From the NCBI GenBank assembly GCA_963693365.1, contig CAVNZM010000005.1:10563728-10627727 (forward strand): DNA of 64,000 bases, given 5' to 3'. Under the pieces are notes generated by a model. That model was given only the letters and a program-made list of their open reading frames with translations, was not told the origin of the DNA and searched no databases. The first letter of the stretch is position 1. The number at the start of each line of letters is the position of its first letter. Both the position numbers and the translations under genes were made by a program. This document shows positions 46,108 through 64,000 of this stretch, piece by piece. The stretch is from Amoebidium appalachense. Lineage: Eukaryota; Protista; Ichthyosporea.

Positions 46108-46259
46108 TTTTGAAAGTAAAAAGCTATAACGATGATTTGTGCCTGTGTTCACGATGCCGGGGGGGAAAACTTCTCCCCTGCAGACACTCGATATGTGTGG
46201 GGCAAAAGAGGGAGGGATGGTGCTGTTACCGTGCGACAACTGTGATGTAATCTGAACTA

Positions 46260-46640
46260 TAAAAGAGATCTGATTGGCTCACCATGAAATGTCACGAGTT
46301 TTCTTAGGAGGCGGTGCAAAATGGAACTCGATCAAGTTGGATGTGAACTCTGATCCGCTGAATCACCATAAAAATAATAAAAACGCGAGTCGACAACTAT
46401 TTTGCTTATGATATTTCGCATGAGATTTTATTTTTTGACCAGATATGCGTACTAATTGTTTTTTAGAAATTTTCTAAAGAGGACACCCTGATAAATAGTG
46501 TGAATGCCACAGTCGCTCGCGTACGTTGATTGGCAGACTATAGATGCCAAAATTGATGGCATGACCCTTCACCAATCAGCTATCACGCACCCCAGATGAA
46601 GAATCGATTGTTCGCTCACTTCTGGGAAGCTTCAGGAACA
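46260..46640. promoter_or_regulatory. Putative bidirectional promoter (CCCH-SAM gene / UBAC1) with CCAAT boxes
   Basis: tctgattggc ~46270, gattggc ~46528, accaatcagc ~46571 between head-to-head genes; strong + strand donor A|gtgagt at 46641. Confidence 0.45.
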
Positions 46641-47649
46641 GTGAGTATACAAAGTTGATAGAAGCAGCTAAGCCCGCGTAAATATTAGAAGTATTGTAAA
46701 ATCTATTTTGAATGAAGATGTAAGTAATATAAATCCGATTACTGCATTTAAAAGTACCTGTATCTGTGTAAACCCCGAATTCTAACCGTTTAAAAGAAGC
46801 GATAGAGACCGCAAATCAGAGGATTTTCTCCGAAAAATACGGAAATCCACTTTTCATACCGGTAACGAGGTCACGCGGTTGAAATCGGTTTGCCGGGTCG
46901 TGAGTGCACGTGTCACGTGGTGGTGAAATGGCGCGCAAACAGCAACCTATCAGTTTCTGCCCGCTTGTGTGCATCGCTACGCATGTGGGCTGAAGCCTTC
47001 CCACGCACTGACTCGAACATCCAAGACTTGGCGCACATATGTACACATGTACACATGCACGGTGTGTGTAAGTGCGTGTTTCGGATATTGACTCTGTAGC
47101 TAAAGCACACGGGTGCGTGTGTGTCGGCACGTACACGGATATGATGTTTTTGTGGTTAGCGTTGGTGTACGTTCTTGTGCTTTTTCTCAGTTGTAGGCCT
47201 AGCCTAATTATGGTTACTTCGTAGTTGTGAAGGGGTTGTGATCTGGTAAATGGAAAGAAAACATGCTTGAGTTTACCGTTCTTAGAATCGGCACGTCAAA
47301 ATCGCCCTGATTATATAGAAACCTGCAGGGGTATGGGGTCATGGAATTTAGCTCTTTTTACATGTGTTGCCAAGTCCAACTTCACTGCTTTGGCTAGCCA
47401 CCCGGCACTCACAGTCTACACCCGTACATTTTTGAGGGCTCCGTAGGAGGTGGCTTGGTTGGTTGCACGGTTCTTTCAAATCGGAAGGGCATTGTGGCTG
47501 GAAATGTCAGCATGTTCTCGAGATTTAGTTCGCCAAAACCTCACCCTCGGCTTTTCCTCATAGACATGAGTGCACGGATAGTTGACGTTATGTTGCCTTG
47601 CCCTAGCTACAACAGAACGAAACATAGGCACATGCACCATACACGCACG

Positions 47650-47704
<55 letters not shown>

Positions 47705-49201
47705 GCATGCACTTGTGTGTTGACTTGTTCTAAGACTCGCAATGAGAAGCATTCCTGCACAGAAACAAAAGTGCGCTCTGCACTTGGCAGCTATGGCGCA
47801 GAGTTTGGTGCAGGACCCTCATGGCTTGCCTGCTCTCATAGCCATAAATTCGAAAGCGTCTCGGGGTTTGCTGGAAGCTTTTGCTTTTCATGCGACGATC
47901 GAAAAATAAATAAACAAGCGTTGTGAAACGGTGCTTTGTTAATCTACGGCAGTTGGTATCAGAGCTATCGAAAGAACTTCTGCCCAGTGAAAGGTTGTGT
48001 GTGGGTGGTGTTTGTGGTGTGTTTGTGTGCGTGTCGGTGGTGTGCTTGGGTTTGTTTTGTGCCCATCCGCTCCCCCCCCCCTCCTCCCTGTTCCCCTTCC
48101 TCTTTTCTCAAAGACAAAGACAAAAAAAAAATGCTTATAATGGATCATCAGCTACAGAGCCTGACATTGAATCCGGCCTCGTGCACGCAGAATTCAACGT
48201 CTTCTCTCTATACATTCTGACAACTGAGCTCGGCTGTCTAGCCGTGTTTTGTTATCTATCATCATCCGCCCTCCCCCCCACCATGTAGGTTTGAATCTCC
48301 AGCGAAATCCCTACTACCACTAGCATAAGCAGGGGAGGGCATAGGAGACTCGTGGGGGGTAGTACCACTGGGGTTGAGTTCTGGTGGGATGGCCATTGTA
48401 GATCTTGGTGGAGCTGCTGCCTATGAAAATGTGTGCTATTGTGCTTGCCCATTTCACCGTGTCCTTTTCGTATGCCTGGCCCGCTCCTCCTCCTCCTGGA
48501 CTGTAGTGCCCCGAGATCGAGCTCCAGCTAGCGAAAACTTGTGCGTGTACACCCCTCTTAGGCTTTTTTGTGGAAACGGTGACCGCTAACCATCAGTGTA
48601 ACAATGCATTGCGTTTGCTATGCTTTTCTTGCACATCGTGTCATCTCTAAACGTTCGTTGATTTATCCCTTTTCATGTGTTGCACGGGCCTTACTGTGGC
48701 CATGTCTTGTGTACACACTGGGTTATGCATGCGCCCCCAGCAAGTAACCTTGCCTGCACCTGAGGTGCCGCAAGTTGCCAATTTGCCCTGTTATGGGGAA
48801 AGAAGGACGGAGAATGTGTCTGCCCCTTTCTTGCAAGTGTACAAGACTTCGGCTTCGGCCCCTCCTCTCCGGCCCATACCCCTTCTCTCTTCTCCTCCTC
48901 CTTCTCCTTCTCCCCAGCCACGACCTCACCTCAAGATCTTTAGCCAGCAGCTTCCACCCTCCTCCCCCCCCCCCCCAGGCTTTCTAATATGGTAATAGCT
49001 GGCCCTAAATGATTTGCCCAACGCGCATCACAATTTAGCCATACGGATTCTAATGGCTTAACTCCAACGGCCTTGCCACTGTCCTTGACTCGGCGAGTCG
49101 AGCTCTCGGAGCTCAGTCTCAGCAGTCGGGTTCAAGTCAACGTTTTGAGTTGGAAAGATTTTATGTTGGCTGCTTAGTGCAAGTTTTTTTGTTCTCAAGC
49201 T

Positions 49202-58209
<9,008 letters not shown>

Positions 58210-59442
58210 TTACGGTTCAATCACATGGCGGGATTCCTTGGACTTATCATCTGATTGGGCTATTCCTTTTTTGTTGTTGTTGTTGCGGTGGATTGATCGC
58301 TAATTTCTACTCGAATCGTTTAAAATGTTGCATTGGTGAGGTGCAGCGATTGTATTGTCTTAGAGCATCAACACACCATGCGCATTTGTCTTTTAACATA
58401 CTGACACGATAGACCGTGCTGTGTCTTATGCAGCTCGTTTTCTCTTTCGTATCAGGTGTATGTATAGTCTATGTGCATGTAATTGATAAGCTTCGTCTAC
58501 GCCCGTTGTAACCAGGTTTGGCTCTTTCTTTCTTTCTTTTTTTTTTTTTTTTTTTTTTTTTTGGTCCGGGGAATGCTCCATGCCGTTTGAAGCATATGAC
58601 TCAACAATATTTGACAATGTAGCGAATCAGGATGTTGGTATAGCGGCCATAAATACAGGATATTATAAACCTTAAGAAAAAAATTAAAAAAAGGAATATA
58701 GCTATTGGTCCTGGATGTGACTAAAAAGGTCTATAGATGGCCTTTGTCTTCAGAATGAGTAGAGAGGATATTTATCTGAGGTGAATTCGAAGCAAGTTTA
58801 CGTAATTTTGATCCTGACTGTGTACTGTACAGCTGGCTATTAGTCACTCCCAGGTGAAAATCCGGTGTAAACAAATGTATGAAAGTTCTTGTGTTGATTT
58901 TTCTGAACTGCTGATATTAAAAAGTATTTAACACCTTAAGTTATATTCGGGCCTGCTTTGTGCATCTCGTTTCCATCATGGCTCCTCGCACTATGTAAAA
59001 CCGTTCAATTTCTCAATGAATTATGCAGGTTTCTTGCATGCATATGCATGCAACCGCACAGTATATTGTTGGTTGCCAAACTTGCAGAGCTATCACGTAC
59101 TGTTGAAGAATCATTGATTATCGAGCATTGTAATCTGATAGCTATCGTGAAATTTGAGACTAGCAATGCAGAGGAACTTCTCAGAATACATAGACCCCGA
59201 ATCAGGCTTCTCCTACAGTTGAGCATCAAAGTAACATGCATATTTGTGTCTTAGCTGATACTGTACCAAAAGTTCCTGGTGAAACAACCGAGCAGCATGC
59301 ATTTTGATCGATGCCCCCCGGGCCCCGGGGCCCCCCTACCCCAACCTCCGGTGCGGTTGTGCACATGTGTGTCTGTGTGTGTGTATGTACATACTATGTC
59401 ATTGCAACTGGCGGACCACTGAGGGGGCATGACTATTGGGCC

Positions 59443-59480
<38 letters not shown>

Positions 59481-59831
59481 GGGGGGGCAGGCAAACGCAT
59501 ACCAGATCTTATGGGCTTCAGGGCTATTTCTCCCCCCTATCCCTCCCCTCTCTCTTCCCCTCCCCCTCCCCCCTCAACCCCATAATCCAACCCACTCATA
59601 AAAACCCCCGGCCCCCCCCTCTCCCAATCTCTGGTGTGGTCGTGTATGCGTATGTGTGTGTGTGTGTGCGTGTGTACATACGGTATGGCACATGTGTGCG
59701 CGTGTGTGTCGCAGTGGCACATGTGTGTGCGTGTGTGAGTGCGCGCGCGCGCGCGCGTGTCACGTGTGTGTGCTTGTGTGTGTGAATGTATGTCATTGCA
59801 ACAGGCTAACGACTGAGGGGGGTGATCAGGT

Positions 59832-59873
<42 letters not shown>

Positions 59874-59924
59874 GGACGCTGGTCTAGGCTCGAATTCGAA
59901 TCACGGTGATACGGCAATAAATTT

Positions 59925-60215
59925 ACATGGGTTGCGTGCCATATATATGCCAATATACCGCAAAAATGTGCAAGGAGCAAGGGTGGCTAGCATGCCAAAT
60001 ATGGCAATACCGCAACAACGTGCAAGGAGCAAGGTTGGCTAGCATACTATGCCATATATGACAATACCGCAAAAATGTGCAAGGAGCCAGGCAGGTAGCT
60101 AGCTAGCATGCCATATACGGGAAAGCTGCAAAAATGTACAACAGCAGTATGCCATACATGGCAATACCACAAAAATGTGACAGGCAGCAATTGCATGCCG
60201 TAAACTTTTACAATG
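59925..60215. repeat. Degenerate ~50-bp tandem repeat in the UBAC1-POLG intergenic region
   Basis: Repeated gcatgccatatatggcaataccgcaaaaatgtgcaaggagc variants, about 5-6 units. Confidence 0.75.
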
Positions 60216-60876
60216 ACTGCAAGATGCACAAAGCTTAACCTTTTCGCATGCCGGATGTATACTATATATACGACCGGCGTCTTAAAGAGGTCACCCGCAA
60301 CCTGCAAATATATGCAAATGTTTGCAAATATGTGCAATTTGCAGGTGGCCCCTCTTATATGTGCTGGTTTGAGAAGAGAAAAAAGAGATACAAAGAGTGG
60401 TCCGATCCATTTATCGATCAGTTTCGTCCGAAATGGTGTACAACACACGGCCTACGATCACAACCTTTTATTTTGTTCATGCAACGAGCGGACATGAACA
60501 TGTGCACTTTACACATACACTGCATATGATATAAATCTGCTTGATGGTGGAATACAGATGGCACTGGCTAAGGCCATAGACAAAACTTATAAAAACCTTA
60601 CATTAAATAAACATATATAATGCAAGCGTGATGACCTGCAATGTCCTCGCTAATGCCCGGGCGCTTCCTTGGATTCTATTCGCTGAGATGGTGTATATAT
60701 TTGAATAGGAAAATTATTATTTACATTGGCAAACCACACCAAACACGTGACCCAAAGGGGAAGCAACAACAACAACAACAACAAAAGAAAAAAAAAGGGG
60801 GGGGGGGGGGGAGTTCAATTGTTTTGCATTCGTGAGTCCGGGGCGGAGTTGTGCGGCTTGCACGCAGTGCACGCAG

Positions 60877-60939
<63 letters not shown>

Positions 60940-61255
60940 CGCGTGCGCGCACGCCGCCTGCCTGTGGGCACGTGGGTGGGTGGGTATGTCTATGTGGGTG
61001 GTTGCTTTGGCAGAAGTGCAGGCACATACGCGGGCGAACATGCCTGATTATTTCCGTGCCAGTACATACAATGAAAAAACACTCACCATACACGCAATAG
61101 CTCACTAACACTATAAAATTGACAGAAGGAATAGGGATATACTCTAAATTCCAATTATCCCAAACGGGTATTTTATTTCTGGAAAAGATACTTGGCAGCC
61201 CAGAACACGATGCATATATATCATTGCCCCTTGCCCCTTACATAGAATGCCAGGG

Positions 61256-61287
<32 letters not shown>

Positions 61288-61398
61288 AATACATGATTAA
61301 GTACCCTTACATATATGAAACCACACACGTCATATTCATAAACCCGTTATAAATTGCATCGCCTTTCACCCCACCATCTCCTAACTGCAGATTATTTG

Positions 61399-61770
61399 TC
61401 ATTTTTCAGGCTCTCCAGGTTGAGATTCCGAAATTCCATCTCCCTTCTGACCTTCAGAATCGCTCAGTTCCTTTGAGAGCCTTTCGTACGATATTGGGAG
61501 TGGTCGTCCGGTCATCTTTGAAGCCAGCTGTAACGTTTTAACCTTTGTACGTAATGTATCGTGCATGTTTGGTTTCTCAAATGGCGGTGCGTCGTTGAAA
61601 GTGGGTGGGGTGTAGGGTTCGGGGCCGGGGGGACTCAGAGATCCGTTTGTGAGTTCGCACGCTTGTTCTATTGTTGCTTTTTCTCCGTGGTCGATCGGTG
61701 TCGTCTGTGTACGTGTACGTGTGTGTACGTGTGTCCGTGTGTGTTTGTGTGTGTGTGTACGTGCGTATGT

Positions 61771-61821
<51 letters not shown>

Positions 61822-61830
61822 TGCGTATGT

Positions 61831-61899
<69 letters not shown>

Positions 61900-62321
61900 C
61901 GTGCGTGCGTATGTACGTGTGTGTGTGTGTGTGTGTGCCGTGTGCATGCATATGCACGAACAAGTGTATCATGTGCAAGGAATGGAGAGACGGAGGACGG
62001 GGGGGGGGGGGGGGGGGGGGGGGGGGAAGGGTTAGCCTGTGCATGTGCATGCCTTAGGAGGCAGTGGTGGTGCCGATGACGGCGGTGGTGGTTGTTATTT
62101 CTTATTTCTTTTTGTTTGTTTGTTTTTCTTTGGGGTGGGGAAGCACGCTAATGTGTCCATCAAATTTCAATTGTGTTCAAAGTGTACGTCTATGTTTGTG
62201 TCCGTTCTTGTATCTGTAAGGCTTCACGTGCGTATCCGTTTGTCGGTGTACATGTCTTGGGTGATGAGATAGCAGCAGATGTGCAAAACACCAATGGCTG
62301 TTTGAACGGTATTACGGAGTA

Positions 62322-62405
<84 letters not shown>

Positions 62406-62875
62406 CACGCACGCGCGCGCGTGTGTGTGTGTGTTTGTGTGTGTGCGTGTGCGTGTACTTCCTTCCTTGTGTGAGTGTGCGCGTGCGTGCGTGCATGTGT
62501 GAGTGTGTTTGTGTATGAAATGTGTGTGTGTGTGTGTGTGCGCGCGTGTTTGTGTGTGTGTGGAAGAGGGGGGGGGGGGGGGGAAGCACCTGTGAAGGGG
62601 TAATACAGTCCATATCGACTTCTTTGCGCAAAACCTTGTCGATGTCCACATTACTAAAAAAGGCAACACTCTGGCGGGTAGGTTGGGATCAGAATATGGA
62701 ACGTGTTAAAATTCCTTTAATATACTGAATATCCCCTCAGACACACAGGTTGTTATTATTTAACAGCTGACCCCCCCCCCCCCCCCCCCCCCCTCCCCAT
62801 CCCCTCCGCCTACGGCAAGGAATGCTGTGGTTAGTAGAATGTTGTTTGCAAACATAGGCAGGCTCTATTATGGGG

Positions 62876-62954
<79 letters not shown>

Positions 62955-64000
62955 ACGCGCACATATGTTTGTCCCGTCCGCCTGTCTGCCTGTGCACTTC
63001 GGAATGTGCGCGCGCGTGCACACACACACCCGTGTCTGTGTTTTTTGAAGGGGGGGAAAGGGGGGAAGGGGGGAAGGGGGGAGGGGAGGGGGGTACCTGT
63101 GGAAGACTGTAAAGCTTTACTTGGTGGCAGAAAAACGCCCGCACATAGAGGTTGGTGATGTGGAGGGCCAGGGCTGCACGGTAGCGATCCTCTGAGCGAA
63201 TCAGATAGCGCGCTTCATCGTGGATGCTGATGCAGAACCTGCCATGTGTGACAAGGTGCCAATGAAGCACATGGACAAATGTAGATAATAAGCGTTTAAG
63301 GAAGATCTTAGGCTTCAGGGCAGTTAGCTACCCTGATGCAAATATACTTTCCGACTAGAGAGCAGGTGAGGGAGACAATGATGCCAAAAACCGGCTTCAG
63401 AGCATTAAATTCTACTCAAATGTTCAACACTTGGTTTCCTTTAACGATCCCCCCCCCCCCCCCCCCCCTTCCCCCCCTTTCGCCCCAAAACATAAAAAAA
63501 AAAAAAACCCTGTAAAATGCGTGTGCGGAAACATTTCGTATTCAATAAGGGAATGTTCACGTTTTGACAAGCTTCCTGATGACGAGCCTAAGACAAAAAG
63601 AAAACAAAAGAAACAAAAGAAACAACAACAAGCATGCTTAGCACACAAAAAGAGAACAACTTGACATAACCTCATTAAACAAGCCAACCAACCCTTACAA
63701 CCCAAAAGCATTCCGACACATTCTAGAGCAACCGGCCACGTTAGCCCCAAAATTCGGTCCCGCCAGCGGCTCGCACGGATCCGGATGTTTGCGGGATCGA
63801 AATGACGCAATCAGTTAATTTTTTAGCCACCGCTGGCAGCAAAAAAATCATTTGATGAAGTCACACAGATTGCGCAAACATCTGTGTGGTCCGCTGGTGG
63901 GGCCGAAAGTTGGGGTTACGGCCTCGTACCTTCCGCGGATTCCATACTGGTGCATGAGGTACTTCATGGACACCAGCATCAGGTGCAAGTAGTCCACGGC
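61399..64000 (-). CDS. POLG: Mitochondrial DNA polymerase gamma catalytic subunit, 3' part (5' end lies beyond the window)
   Basis: Exons (minus) >64000-63930, 63238-63097, 62670-62590, 61704-61399 translate [15 protein letters not shown]...[31 protein letters not shown]...[29 protein letters not shown]...ELTNGSL: family-A motif C (HDE) plus POLG-specific C-terminal blocks. Confidence 0.95.

Noticed and set aside
63721-63842. Third copy of the TTAA MITE family
   Set aside because: Only short matches (gcaacc, ccagcggct); no paired TIR or TSD.

Overview
This is intron-dense eukaryotic genomic DNA, saturated with C/G homopolymers and (CA)n/(CT)n microsatellites, so most entries in the supplied ORF track are low-complexity artefacts. 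Hand-splicing gives five protein-coding genes: (1) an intronless Con7-like C2H2 zinc-finger transcription factor (-, 2-1282); (2) a 34-35-exon ATRX-like ADD + SNF2 helicase (+, 5036-38269, about 1,440 aa) with divergent helicase motifs, one probable GC-AG intron and one homopolymer frameshift; (3) an Unkempt-like CCCH zinc-finger protein with a C-terminal SAM domain (-, 46107-41401); (4) a UBAC1/KPC2 orthologue, UBL-UBA-UBA-STI1 (+, 49202-58209); (5) the 3' end of mitochondrial DNA polymerase gamma (-, >64000-61399). This gene set suggests an opisthokont, most plausibly a unicellular holozoan (inference). Introns carry a PIF/Harbinger-like MITE, two TTAA-flanked MITEs of one family, a dispersed poly-C-flanked repeat family, foldback palindromes and minisatellites. 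The most striking unexplained signal is the intron architecture: very weak 5' splice sites are usually followed at once by a poly-C tract on the transcript strand (poly-G on + for minus-strand genes), and several 3' splice sites use C- or CA-rich tracts instead of U-rich ones. All exon calls are manual and need RNA-seq confirmation.
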